The notes: generated by a model not told the origin, from the sequence alone. Shown: positions 36,149 to 49,606, counted from the first letter of the whole stretch. The stretch is DNA of 63,536 nucleotides, filler included, from Octopus bimaculoides (GCF_001194135.2; 7 parts of 7 records of this genome joined end to end with filler, not necessarily neighbours in it); one strand, 5' to 3'. Translations and numbers: made by a program.

Positions 36149-36945
36149 CGTGGTGGTGGTGGTNNNNNNNNNNNNNNNNNNNNNNNNNNNNNNNNNNNNN
36201 NNNNNNNNNNNNNNNNNNNNNNNNNNNNNNNNNNNNNNNNNNNNNNNNNNNNNNNNNNNNNNNNNNNNNNNNNNNNNNNNNNNNNNNNNNNNNNNNNNNN
36301 NNNNNNNNNNNNNNNNNNNNNNNNNNNNNNNNNNNNNNNNNNNNNNNNNNNNNNNNNNNNNNNNNNNNNNNNNNNNNNNNNNNNNNNNNNNNNNNNNNNN
36401 NNNNNNNNNNNNNNNNNNNNNNNNNNNNNNNNNNNNNNNNNNNNNNNNNNNNNNNNNNNNNNNNNNNNNNNNNNNNNNNNNNNNNNNNNNNNNNNNNNNN
36501 NNNNNNNNNNNNNNNNNNNNNNNNNNNNNNNNNNNNNNNNNNNNNNNNNNNNNNNNNNNNNNNNNNNNNNNNNNNNNNNNNNNNNNNNNNNNNNNNNNNN
36601 NNNNNNNNNNNNNNNNNNNNNNNNNNNNNNNNNNNNNNNNNNNNNNNNNNNNNNNNNNNNNNNNNNNNNNNNNNNNNNNNNNNNNNNNNNNNNNNNNNNN
36701 NNNNNNNNNNNNNNNNNNNNNNNNNNNNNNNNNNNNNNNNNNNNNNNNNNNNNNNNNNNNNNNNNNNNNNNNNNNNNNNNNNNNNNNNNNNNNNNNNNNN
36801 NNNNNNNNNNNNNNNNNNNNNNNNNNNNNNNNNNNNNNNNNNNNNNNNNNNNNNNNNNNNNNNNNNNNNNNNNNNNNNNNNNNNNNNNNNNNNNNNNNNN
36901 NNNNNNNNNNNNNNNNNNNNNNNNTATATATATATATATATGGAA

Positions 36946-38115
36946 ATTATTTAACTTACTACCATCAGTGTTCCATGAGAAGACTGATGGTAGTAACCCG
37001 AATATAAATAGTGGATTAGCAATGGATAGTAACGATGTTAATGCAATTGACCAATCTAGGGGCGCGAGAAATAGCTATAGCAGAAGCACTAATCAAAGAG
37101 AAGCAACCGTAACTAACTCAAACACGAGACTAGGAAGGGGAGACAAAAACGCTAGAAAGTGCAGTACCCAAAATGTCATCAATGGGAATAGTAGAAATAA
37201 CCCGGAAATAGGTGAAATAAGTTAGAGATTACCCTGAATGAAGCCAACATAGAAAATAATAATAGAATTAAAAGAACTAATACCTGTGATTGCACAAGGA
37301 ATAAACGATGTCCCTTAAACTTCAACTGTAAGATTTAAAATGTGGTTTACAGGTGCAAAATTGCATCCAAGACAAAGAGTATGTCTATATAGGTATCCAG
37401 CTCACATTTTATCAAAGAAAGAATAGCTAACCATGAAGATTCTTTCAAAATAGAAACAAGAAAAATTATACAAGCCTCTGTAAATTTGGTCACTGAAAGA
37501 TAGTAACAAAATATATTCAATTGGCTGAGATATTATTAGTAAGGCTAAACCGTATAGAGTAGAAGGTAAAAGATGCGGCTTATGCATAGAGAAAATGTAC
37601 CAAATTTACACTTCTAAATTTAATCTAATAAACACTATACAAGAACATAGTCTAAGATGCAAGAAAATTTATTTTTTAAAAATTCTAATAAACGCATTAT
37701 ACTTTATATAATAATAAAAATTATAAATTATTAGAATAACAATTGTGAAGACAAGGAACAAAAAATAAACCAAAATTGATTGAATACCTCTAAACTAAGA
37801 ATATTCATTTCGAAATGTGTGGAATGGTAAATTTCTAGTAGTAATGATAAATCTACATAAACATTCAATCCAACGGTAACCTACTTTTAGGACTATGTTT
37901 CGCTTCACCTGCCACATTTAGTAGAGGTGAACCCTAGGTCAAGATTCCTACAGCTTTTAATAGTAACACTCATACCTCCTAAAAAGCACTTTATTCATTC
38001 AGTTTGCTTATTCCACAGCAGTGAGTAAGGACCCTTATGAAACAACACTGGTCATGACATCAGGTTGCATATACAACAGTGGGCATTTGATGCAGTTGAA
38101 ACACGCGTAGGTCCA
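36946..38115 (+). mobile_element. Penelope-like element relic: GIY-YIG endonuclease and downstream terminal repeat
   Basis: 37285-37680 translates, with stops and frameshifts, as CDCTRNKRCPLNFNC..NVVYRCKI..KEYVYIG..IKERIANHEDSF..KNYTSLCK..DIISKAKPYRVEGKRCGLC. Confidence 0.8.
38029..38114 (+). ncRNA. Hammerhead relic of the Penelope element, with a long stem II insert
   Basis: GGACC-CUUAUGA-AAC[51 nt]GUU-GAAAC(ACGC)GUA^GGUCC. Stem I is a perfect 5 bp and the core differs from CUGAUGA at one base. Confidence 0.55.
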
Positions 38116-38209
38116 GAAAAGGATGTTGTAAATAACTGATAAATGAAATTATGGCTATGAAAGATATCCGTTCTCCTAGTCATTATCAATACTATTACTT
38201 ACTCTACGG

Positions 38210-38243
38210 AAATCCGAGTGTCCTAAATAGGACACTCGGATTT
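38210..38243. other. Perfect 15-bp hairpin with a 4-nt loop
   Basis: aaatccgagtgtcct-aaat-aggacactcggattt. Confidence 0.85.
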
Positions 38244-38309
38244 ACCCAACGATAGTAATAACCAGAGCCTAGCAAGTTATTGTTCGCTCAGGTATCACAA
38301 AAGGATCGT

Positions 38310-38352
<43 letters not shown>

Positions 38353-39649
38353 NNNNNNNNNNNNNNNNNNNNNNNNNNNNNNNNNNNNNNNNNNNNNNNN
38401 NNNNNNNNNNNNNNNNNNNNNNNNNNNNNNNNNNNNNNNNNNNNNNNNNNNNNNNNNNNNNNNNNNNNNNNNNNNNNNNNNNNNNNNNNNNNNNNNNNNN
38501 NNNNNNNNNNNNNNNNNNNNNNNNNNNNNNNNNNNNNNNNNNNNNNNNNNNNNNNNNNNNNNNNNNNNNNNNNNNNNNNNNNNNNNNATACTTTCGTATT
38601 TCACTGAATTCTTCCGTACACACAGAGATACACACACACACACACATGTATACAAATATATATACATATATATACATGCGTGTGTATATGTATGTATGAT
38701 GTATGTATGTATGTATTATGTGTATGTGTGTGTGTGTGTGTGTGAGGAAACAGTCAGGTTCTCGCATATAAAACATGTCTAAATATTGCCTTGCTTACAG
38801 TACACTCAGTACGTAATACACACACGCATGTGTGCATGTATGTGTGTACGTGTGTGTGTGTATGTGTGTGTCCGTGGACGTAAACGTAATAATCTTAATA
38901 ACAAGAGCAACAGTATCAGCAACAACATCAACGAATGAAATATTAACAATTTGTTTTTGTCGTGAAAGCTTATTGTGATAGAAGACCAACAATTATTTGA
39001 TGATTTATTAGCTTGGCAAAGGGAAGCCTAGAGAGAACTGACACCAGTGTCTGCTAATTAGATTACAAATTAACTAAAATTTTTGCATGTAAATGACAAG
39101 TTCTAATTTAGGACAGTAAAGATAGATCTGTAAAGTAACATATCCTGCTAGCACTAAGTAACTGATGAATTATCTTATGGTGATAAAATAATACAGTTAA
39201 AACAGCTTACGACAAATTATATTTTCTGATATCAGGTGATGGAATAGCGATCGTTCTGTAATAATCACTCAGCAAGAGAACAATATGCGTTCGAGATCCA
39301 TCAGTGACTCTGATTAGCTTGTCTGTTTCAAACTGGTGTTTATAACGTTAAATATCATCATATCTAATAAGGCGATACACTGGCAGAATCGTTAACACGC
39401 GGCCCAAAATGCTTAATGGCATTTCGTATTCCGTATCAGTTGAGCACTTGTACCAAAATTTGAAACCTATATTGCCGTCCTTGTTCAAAACTTGCAACCA
39501 TTGTTGTTATTATTATCTTCTTCTTCTTTCAATTTTGTTTCCATTTCTTGATCACAATGATCAATGAACAATCAATCAAAAACAGATTTTATTGTTTTGG
39601 TCTTTCACAGTAATATCTGGTTTATTGGCATTGATGTTATTATCATTAT

Positions 39650-42362
39650 TATTATTTTGGTTTGGCTCACCTTCGGTCTTATTCCTGGTAGGATTTATGT
39701 ACGTAACGGGTTACTACCTCTAACCTTAGGTATCCACAAGTTTTGAGCAGCCTTTCAAGTGCTTATAATCTTCCTGATAATTCTTGCTGTCCCTAAGAGA
39801 CAAACTTTCTGTAGGGACTTTAGCAGGCATTCTATTTCAATATCGTTCAGCCATTTGTCTGTATCTTTTCTTACTGTTCTCAACGCACCAATTATTATAG
39901 GCACAACCTTTACAGTTCGCATGCTCTAATTTCTTTCTATTTCAAATTTTAAGGGATTGTATTGTCTTTGTTTGTTTTTCTTCCTCTTTCTTTACTATCC
40001 TGGAATCAAACGGGCATGATGAGTCGATAAGTAAGCAACTTCGCTTTTTCTTATCTATAACTGTTATGTCTAGTGTATTATTTTTAAAATTTCTTTCCGT
40101 TTGAATAGGAAAGTTCCAAAAAATTTTACTTTCCTCCCACTCCAGCGCTCTTTCGACTCAACGATTGTACCATGTGTTTCCAACTTCAAATCCCCATTTC
40201 TGACACAGTTTTCAGTGTAAAACTTTTATAACCTGGTCGTGCCTCCATTTTTAATATTCTTCCTATGCCAACTTGGGGCATTCTGTCACAATGTGTACCA
40301 CTGTCTCATTCCAAGTTCCCCAAGCTCTACACTTTTCTGGCACATTCTCTCCATATATACTTTTACTCAAGTTGTTTGTTTTTATCGCTTGATCTTGGGC
40401 TGCTACAATTAGGTTCTGTTTCTTTTTCTAATTTCCCCCTTTTTAACCAAGCCCAGTATTTTGTTCCACATATGTCTTCAGTGGCTCTCCAAAGTTGGCC
40501 ATGTAGAGGTTTCTCTTCGATCTGTCTGACGTGCTCTCTTTATATTTCATTCGTGTCCTTTTCTCTTACTACCTGTTCTCATTACCTGTTCTTTATTAAC
40601 TGTATTTAGTAATTTTTCTGTGCTGCTCTGGAAATACTCTACTAGACTTTTTTTCCATCTATACACATTCTTCTACAGTTATTAAGTCTCTTCCACCCTG
40701 GTCTCTCCTCAAGTACAGCCGGTTGTTCTCCGCTTTCGAATGATGGGCTCCATACATCGTCAACAACTTCCTAGTTTTTCTGTCAAGTTTCTTAACATTG
40801 TTTTTGGTCTAGTCTATAATTCCAACGCCATAATTGATTAAGGGTACTGCTCTTGAATTTATTGCTTCAGTAAGATTTTTGGAATTCAGTTTTGACTGCA
40901 ATAATGTTCTTACTCTCGTTGTGTACTTCCTACTGGTAAGTCGTTTCATTCATTTTTTTTATCTCGTCTGCTTCCAAGTACTTATACCACTGTCCTTTCT
41001 CAACCGCTCTCATTGTATGTCCATCTGGCATTTCAATTCTTTGGCTTCTTTCAAATCTTCTTCGTTTCATTTTCAATATAGCGCACTTTTCTATCTCAAA
41101 TTCCATACCTACATCATTTGAGAAAATACGGATAGTATGTACAAGACTTTCAAGTTGTTTCTTATTTTTCGCATAAACGTTTATATCACCCATGAAAAGG
41201 AGATGATTTACCTGACCATTTCCTTTTCCCAAATCATAAGCAGTTTTAACTTTTCGTAGTATCATAGTGAGCAGTGTCAATGGCCAATACGAATTGTAAT
41301 GGAGATAAGCTATTACTTTGGAATATTCCACGTTTGGTATTCACTTTTCCGGGTTTTTGTTTTCCTCCGATCAATTCAGTTTCATACTTTCATTTAAGCA
41401 TTTTCTCCATGCTTTTTGTTATTCCAAGTATCCTCGTTGTTTTACTTATCCAAATGTGAGGTATTATGTTATATGCATTTTTTTTTTAATCTAGCCATGC
41501 TACATTCAGTCCTGTCAATCTGCGTCTACAATTTCTAATTATCATTTCATCAACTAATAAGTGATCCTTTGTTGCCCTACTTTGTTTCCTGCATCCTTTC
41601 AGTTCTGGAAGTAGATTGTTACTTTCTAGATGGTTGTATAACTCTTCTGCCAAGACACCGGTCATAAGCTTCCATATCAGTGGTAAACAGGTTATAGGTT
41701 GAACATTTGATGCCAAATTCCCTTTCGAGAGATACTTGAGGAATAGCAGTGTTTGTCTGCTTGTCACCCAGGTAGGGGCGTGACCATGTTGCAGCCAGTC
41801 ATCCAGTTGCACAGCGATCCTTTCATGCAACCGTGTAAAGTTCTTCAGCCAATAGCCTTGTACTCTAACCGGGTCTGATACTTATCAATTTGCTACTTTT
41901 TTAAACTTCTGTCTCAGTGTATATAGATTAACTCTGACGTCCTTTTGTCTTGATACAGTTACAAGTTGTTTTTCCACCTTTGTTAGCCACTCCGTGTGGA
42001 GGCGCAATGGCCCAGTGGTTAGGGCAGCGGACGTTGTGAGTGTTTATTGAGCGAAAACACCTAAAGCTCCTCGAGGCTCCAGCAGGGGATGGTGGCGAAC
42101 CCTGCTGTACTCTTTCACCACAACTTTCTCTCACTCTTACTTCCTGTTTCTGTTGTGCCTGTAATTCAAAGGGTTAGCCTTGTCACACTGTGTCACGTTG
42201 AATATCCCCGAGAACTACGTTAAGGGTACACGTGTCTGTGGAGTGCTCAGCCACTTGCACGTTAATTTCACAAGCAGGCTGTTCCGTTGATCGGATCAAC
42301 TGGAACCCTCGACGGAGTGCCAACAAACAACAACCACTCCGTACTTTCTTTATGTTTCGCTT
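39650..42362 (-). mobile_element. R4/Dong-clade non-LTR retrotransposon (RT plus restriction-like endonuclease), degenerate, interrupted by a SINE
   Basis: KHKESTEWL..VQGYWLKNFTRLHER, VQPITCLPLIWKLMTG, KGCRKQSRATKDHLL, AWLD, RGIFQSNSLSP, VNHLLFMGD (YADD equivalent), DRKTRKLLTMYG, NTLDITVIDKKKRSCLLID, VVPIIIGAL. TAA-like repeats at the 3' end. Confidence 0.85.
41996..42333 (+). mobile_element. SINE family C inserted into the R4 element with a 9-bp TSD
   Basis: ccactccgt at 41987-41995 and 42334-42342. The R4 reading frame continues across the insertion. Confidence 0.9.
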
Positions 42363-42462
42363 NNNNNNNNNNNNNNNNNNNNNNNNNNNNNNNNNNNNNN
42401 NNNNNNTTAATTAATTAANNNNNNNNNNNNNNNNNNNNNNNNNNNNNNNNNNNNNNNNNNNN

Positions 42463-42639
<177 letters not shown>

Positions 42640-42640
<1 letters not shown>

Positions 42641-43290
42641 TGGACGGCAAAGTCGCCGAACGGGCTGAACCGTTCGCACGCGAAGCAAAATTCTTAGCGA
42701 CATTTCGTCCGTTTTTACATTCTGAATAAAAATCCACCCAGGTGGAGTTTACTTTTCATCCCTTCGGGTTTGATAATTTAAGTACCAGTGAAATTATTCG
42801 ATCGATATAATTGACTAGTCCCATACCCTAAAACTTCATGTCTTGTGCCTATAATAGAAAAGATCATTTTAGTGGTTGCTGTTACTAGGGCGGCAACGGC
42901 GGTGATCGGGCAGAACCACTTGCACGCCGAGAAAAATACCCAGCGTCATTTCAGATGTGTTTACAACCTGAGTTCAAATTTAATCGAGGTCGACTTTGCC
43001 TCCCATCATATCGAGGTCGATAGGATAAGTACCAGCTGACTACTGCAGTCGATGTGACCGATTTACTCGGACCCGAATGCCAGACCCTTCACCAATACTA
43101 CGATTACCAAGTTCACTGTAGCATATTTTCCGTTACCAATGCCAATTACCGCTCTGACTAATTTTGGCTCTCCTCATCTCTGTGTCGATAGAATACAGTA
43201 ACAATCAAGCACTGGGGTCAATGTAATCGAATTCCCCCTTCCCTCAAATTGCTGGCATTGTGACTAATTTAGATAAAAGTACTATTTCTA
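42640..43290 (+). mobile_element. Cluster of diverged SINE A copies
   Basis: Heads at about 42645 and 42890, tail fragment at about 43200. Confidence 0.7.
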
Positions 43291-44739
43291 TTATCTTTGC
43301 TTTCCTCACATGCTTACGCAGCTACTGAACAGAGATTTGTGTGTTTTGGTTTGAATGTCTCGTGTATTTTATTGCTTTTGAACTGTTGCTTTGAACTGAT
43401 GGATTCTCATAGATGTGCGATGCATATTAAGAATTCAGTTATAGACACGAAATATCAAATTCGTAGAACATATTCACATGTTAATATTTGGTCGAGTTTC
43501 AAAAATATTGACAACAGATCCCATTCGCTGAAAAAGTGAACTACATTGAAAATGCATTCATGAATTTAACACAACTTAAATTTAAGTCATTATACAACGA
43601 AAACAATATAAATAGATTGCAAGTTGCGTAGAAAGGGTTGTTTTTGTGATTTTAATACCCGCATTGTACAAACATGATCCATACAGTTAATAATAATCAT
43701 GCCATCCTTCGCAGTTTCTTAATTAAGCGAAACATTTGAGGCGTATTAGTACAAATTACTTTTCAAAATACAGATTCCTTACAAAAGTATCTCCCGTAAA
43801 TATAGAGATGATAGAAAATCTGTTCATTCAATTAATATGCGTAAAGGAAATACCTGAAGGTTTCTTAAGTAGCAGATTTAATAATTATTGGTATGCAAGT
43901 CATGTGTGCTCAACTGTGTCGTCCCGAATAAAAATCTAATTAAACATGCAAATTACCTGATAATATATTCGAATCTCAAATATGCTAATGAGACTCATCA
44001 GTGTTTGAAATGATTAACTAGGGTTACATTTCTCAGTAAGCCTGCTATACGTTTCACTATATTGTTGCTTCTGTGAATAGTAATTTTTATTTTTATTTTT
44101 ATTTAATAAGAACATACACATATGTTCCTGTATTATTGATATGTAAATGACCAACTAATTAAATATGCAAAACCTCGAACATCTGTACAACGTCAACAAT
44201 GCATCCCGTTACTACACACAATCTTCTATACATTGCTTATATCGATGTTAATGCGTTAACATGGACATTATATTCCAACTGTTATCTATGTACATGTGAC
44301 AGCAATGACGATCACTTTGGCTGCTTAATAAAATTTTCTGAAAAAAAAGGAATGCGATACATTTATGTACACATAATATACAAGAATTCAAAACTTGACT
44401 TTGATATTCTAGACGATTTTGCATTTGAAATTAACTTTGCTTCTACAATTATATTGGAAATCTTTCTTTCTTTTTTATCTTTTCGTTTATTAAACATAAT
44501 AAACGACAATCTATTTCTATAACTGCCTGTCTCGATAAAAAATTCAACATAGCATGCTTTACGATCTATATATTCCTCGTCTGTGTTGCTTGTAAGTAAT
44601 ACTATGATATATCTGCGTATTTAAAGAGAAAACAGCGTTGATGTTAATATATATTTCAAAGAGAACAACGTCACCCTGTATATGAAAGTAAATGGTTCCC
44701 TTAAGCAAACTTTAAAACTTGATTTTTTAAAATTCATTG

Positions 44740-45465
44740 CGTAGACCAAGAAAGGGCGGCTGGCACATGGAGTGTCAGCAAGCGCTCACAGCTTTCTGCC
44801 ATTCGGGCAAAGCGCTCGGCGGTAGTTTCACTATGGAGTTCAATAGGGGATTAGCGGCGCGCAAGAGCGGAAACGTCTTCGGGGNNNNNNNNNNNNNNNN
44901 NNNNNNNNNNNNNNNNNNNNNNNNNNNNNNNNNNNNNNNNNNNNNNNNNNNNNNNNNNNNNNNNNNNNNNNNNNNNNNNNNNNNNNNNNNNNNNNNNNNN
45001 NNNNNNNNNNNNNNNNNNNNNNNNNNNNNNNNNNNNNNNNNNNNNNNNNNNNNNNNNNNNNNNNNNNNNNNNNNNNNNNNNNNNNNNNNNNNNNNNNNNN
45101 NNNNNNNNNNNNNNNNNNNNNNNNNNNNNNNNNNNNNNNNNNNNNNNNNNNNNNNNNNNNNNNNNNNNNNNNNNNNNNNNNNNNNNNNNNNNNNNNNNNN
45201 NNNNNNNNNNNNNNNNNNNNNNNNNNNNNNNNNNNNNNNNNNNNNNNNNNNNNNNNNNNNNNNNNNNNNNNNNNNNNNNNNNNNNNNNNNNNNNNNNNNN
45301 NNNNNNNNNNNNNNNGTTCTGCGCCCAGTAAATTCGTTCAAAGGCGTGTGCATGTGGCGAGGATGGCCCGTGGGAATGGGCCTACTCTGAACTTTCGCTT
45401 TTAAACCAGAGGATTTGAGAAAGAGAGCGGCGCCTGCTGAGGTGCATCTGGCGGTCGAGATAACC

Positions 45466-45520
<55 letters not shown>
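44740..45520 (+). other. GC/CpG-rich gap-split segment ending in (TAA)n; possible retroelement 3' end
   Basis: Abrupt GC enrichment over background and a (TAA)n run directly after gagataacc. No protein motif recognised. Confidence 0.25.
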
Positions 45521-46189
45521 GCATTGTTGTTGATTCTGTTGTCGTTCATATTGGCGTTGTTGTTGTTATTTCTTAATCATCATATCGCTGCCGTTCCTGA
45601 ACGAATGTATTTTCAGAAATTCGTTTTTATTGTGTTTGGGAGGGTTTTTATCGTAAAATACTTAAATGAAATACAAAAGATTTATGTTTAATATTCGCCT
45701 TTGAATACTTTGCATACGACACTAGAAGTAAAGACAATACACTATCAAGGATAACCTTCACTGCTATACTGCATAACAAAATAAAACAGAAAGGAATATC
45801 TTCCAAATGTCAATGGACAATACTGCACAACCAGCATTGTAGATGTCGTTGCTAACAAAAAGGTCTGGTGTTTTAAACAAGGGCAATTTATTACAATATA
45901 CTAGATTCATTTTACAGGAAAAATTACCAAAGAAACGACAAGGACAAAGATAACATAAATCTACCTCATGAAGAAGAAAGATGATTTTCTTATCCTCTCC
46001 ACAGAGTAAACTATGTGAAGTTATCTTGTGTATTGGAAGGGTAATTACAGCAATAATAATAAACGCATGCATTAGTTCAATGCGTGTGTTTATAATTATT
46101 GGCGTTATGACAAAATAGTGCTAAATGTTTCGACTGGCGTGCTATCGATCCTCCCTACTCGCTCTCATAAACTTCGTCTTATTATTTAA

Positions 46190-46650
46190 AATGAGACAAA
46201 ACCGTAGCGAGCCAGGTAAAATGTTTACTGGTATTTCAGCTGTCTTTGCGTTTTGAATTCAAGTTACGCCAAGGTCGACTTTGTCTTCATTCCTTTCGAG
46301 GTACACAAATTTAGTACTAGTTGGGCAGTGAGGTCGAGCCAAAATTTGGAATCAATAATAAAAAACACGAGGCGGCAAGTTGGCACAAAAGTTGGTACTT
46401 CGGGCAAAATGTTTAGCGGGATTTTGTCAGTTTTTATCATCTAAGTCCAAATTCCACCGAGGTTGAATTTGCCTTTTGTCCCTTTCAGGATAGATAAGTA
46501 TGTACCATCTCAGCACTGGCATCACTGTATTCCGGTTATCCTGCCCCCTTGGGACAAATTTGGAAATCACAAAGACTGAAATTAAGGCAGTGGGGTGGTA
46601 GAATGGTTAGCATACCGGGCAAAATGCTTTGCGGCATTTCTTCCGTCTTT
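46190..46650 (+). mobile_element. Three tandem diverged SINE A copies
   Basis: Heads at about 46200, 46368 and 46585. Confidence 0.7.
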
Positions 46651-48003
46651 TCTTTGAGAGAGAGAAAGTGCGGCATAAAAAGAAAGACGGGGAGACAGGC
46701 AGATAGAAAAAGAGTGTGGGAGAACATTCAGAGAACCATATCATGTATGTTTGTCCAGCAATTGTTTTAGGAAATGTAGTTCCGAAATTGGCAGATGTGT
46801 ATTGTGTTCTGGTGTGTTATATTTTTTTAAAGCAAAAATGATACTTTTTATGCTGATGTATAAGGGCGCCCTTTATGGATTTCTCAGTTCACTATCTATG
46901 AATATATATATATATATATATATATACATACATAAATACATGTGTGTGTGTGTGTAGGCGTGTGTGTGTGTGTGAATGTATATATAACAAATTTGTGCTG
47001 AACAAAGATAAAGATTGACGAATATACTTATTTCTTTGTTAAATTGTCTCATTACTCTACAAAATTTCTCTAGCCTACCCTATAACAAGATATCTGTGAG
47101 CGTAATTAATTCTGTCATTCGGTTTATTGCATCATATAATGCTGCTTAGTAATATTATTTGTTAAGATTTGATCTGTTTTTTTTTTATTCTGTTTATATT
47201 CATTTTTCTTTCTTTGATTATTTGCTTATATTCCTTCAACGTTTGCAGAGTTATGCATAAGTATCACTTCAATTTCATAGATTTTAATTTGTTTTGTTAC
47301 TGTTGTTGCACACGTTTGATATGCAATGCTTTGTATTTTATTGTTTTATATTTGTATCTCCTTAATATTCTTTCTTTCCATTCGACAACGCTTCGCTTTA
47401 TTTTTCAAGAATTACACAAGTTATAAAACACTTCTGAAATATTATTTTGCCTTCGGTGTTTTAGGAAGTGTGCGAATCTCCACTAGGTGTTAAATACATG
47501 TTTGAATGTACAGAGTTCAACATTTAAAAATATGACGAATGGCCTATCCGAATGAGGTGCATATTAAGGTGGTATATGCTTGTATTTATTCCCCAAAATT
47601 ACTTTTCTGAAACTGAATTTATCCGACTTTTCTGAATTCAGTTTTCCAGCTGATCTATGTTGCCGAGCTATAAGATATTTGGTTGATATCACAAGTTTAA
47701 TTTTATTTTAAATTTAACCCCTCTATACATAATCAACTACATGAAATGAGAAATATGAAAATACTTGCCAGAATTTGGCGATATCTTTTTATTCCTGATC
47801 CTTTTGATCTAAGGTACTTTAGCTCACTTTTCCAGTTATATCTAAACATATCATGGAAACGTTATCCGCTTCAGATAGATATATTCAAGAGTTATACTTA
47901 GTGATACATATCAGGACCGTCTTTAGGACATAATCTTCCCTATATCTGCCTGGTTCTCATATATACTGCACCTCTAATAACACTTGTTTTAGGAACAAAT
48001 TAC

Positions 48004-48092
48004 GGTCCTTTGGCTAGTAGATGGAAACAAGTTTTATTCGATGTGTCCTCTGACCAAATATCTTTTGATCTTCTTAATCGCAAGAAATGAAT
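48004..48092 (-). CDS. Weak candidate exon (IHFLRLRRSKDIWSEDTSNKTCFHLLAKG)
   Basis: Its phase fits the 49495 candidate. The opposite strand also gives a plausible terminal exon, so the strand is ambiguous. Confidence 0.2.
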
Positions 48093-49494
48093 CTTTTCGG
48101 AAAGTGAATAGTCACCCACTTTAAAATGTATAGCAATAATTTAAATTTGAATTGCAATAAAATAAATGAAAACTTTCTCTGCAACAGACTGTTAAATTAC
48201 AATCAACGGAATCTACATTCTTTGCCAGAATTACATGAATTATTTTGAATAAGTAATCGATTTATTTTGCAGTTTTTTGATTGCCGCTCTAATGATTTCT
48301 GTCATATAAGCAACAATCTAAGTCAAAATTATATAAGACGAGTAGACAAAAAAGATAGTAAGATAAAAGATTTTGCTTTCCCCGAAATAACCATATTTAA
48401 TGAATATCCTCCAGTTAGAAGCTAAAGCTGAAGAGAAATATTTCGTTGCAATCAGCACAATAACTATACACACACACACACACACACACGCACACACACA
48501 CACACATACACATATATACATCATATACTCACAAATATAATCATATATATGTATATAAAATCATATATATATATATATATAATCATATATATTCATATAT
48601 GATTATATATATACACGCACACACACATACGTATATACACACTCATACACATACATACATATGCATGCATACATTCATACATACACATCTATATGCATAT
48701 ATGCATGCAAAAACATATTTATGTCTTGTTGAATGTGCATGTAAAGGAGAAAGAAAATATACGTACATATATTATTTTAACCAGAGAAGGTGCATATCGT
48801 TATTGAGATTATATAACAAGACACTGATCATATATATTCTTCTCATATGTCGTCATTCTTCTAAAATCATGATAAACCTTAACTGCGCAGACACCCAAGC
48901 GTCACATTCTAGTTAGAGCTAACACTTTCTTATGTATATCAGGGACTTCCTTACTCTTTTTTCGAGTATGTATGTCATTTAGCACGATTATAACTATTAT
49001 TTCAAGCATAATTTCTGACCACATAGATGGTACTCCTTCTGTGAATTTTGAAAACTCGAATATTTACGATAAGTGGGAGTATCTTTTTTAGTCATATAGG
49101 AATAAAGCTGCAACTTACATAGTATTTGTGTTTGTGATAGAAGTGATAAATATCGCATTGAGTTCATAAATGCAAATTTTTACAACCATGCATCACCCAA
49201 TTCGAAATCTCGCTAGTGTTGAGATTACATTCAATTTCTCCATATTTCATGAAACTTTTTGTTGTAACGATCCAATCATTGTTTTCTGTAGACATTTCTG
49301 ATTTCTCTCACATCTGAAATCTGCAACGAATGTGTCACCAAAATTAAATGCCCGGCCTGCTAATGTTTCTGCCAGCTCGCAGATTTACAGTATAGTATTT
49401 CTACTTTAATACTAATGACTTTTAGGGGAATGGAATTTCGTAATGCAACCAGAATATACTACAAAATATATTAAGTGTTTTTATAAGTCAATAC

Positions 49495-49606
49495 CGTGGC
49501 CAACTCTATTAGTAGTGATATTGCATCTCTCTGAAGTTTTTCTGTAGAAATTACTGCTAGCAGTGATTTTGTTACGACGTTTCGTTTCCGACACGCATCA
49601 TCTAAA
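49495..49606 (-). CDS. Candidate exon (LDDACRKRNVVTKSLLAVISTEKLQRDAISLLIELAT)
   Basis: Acceptor ctatttcattgttag, donor ACG|gtattg, open frame of 1+111 nt. No homology recognised. Confidence 0.35.

Noticed and set aside
43955-44005. CUGAUGAG-stem-GAAU on the minus strand
   Set aside because: GAAA is mutated and there is no stem I pairing. It is at most a heavily decayed relic.
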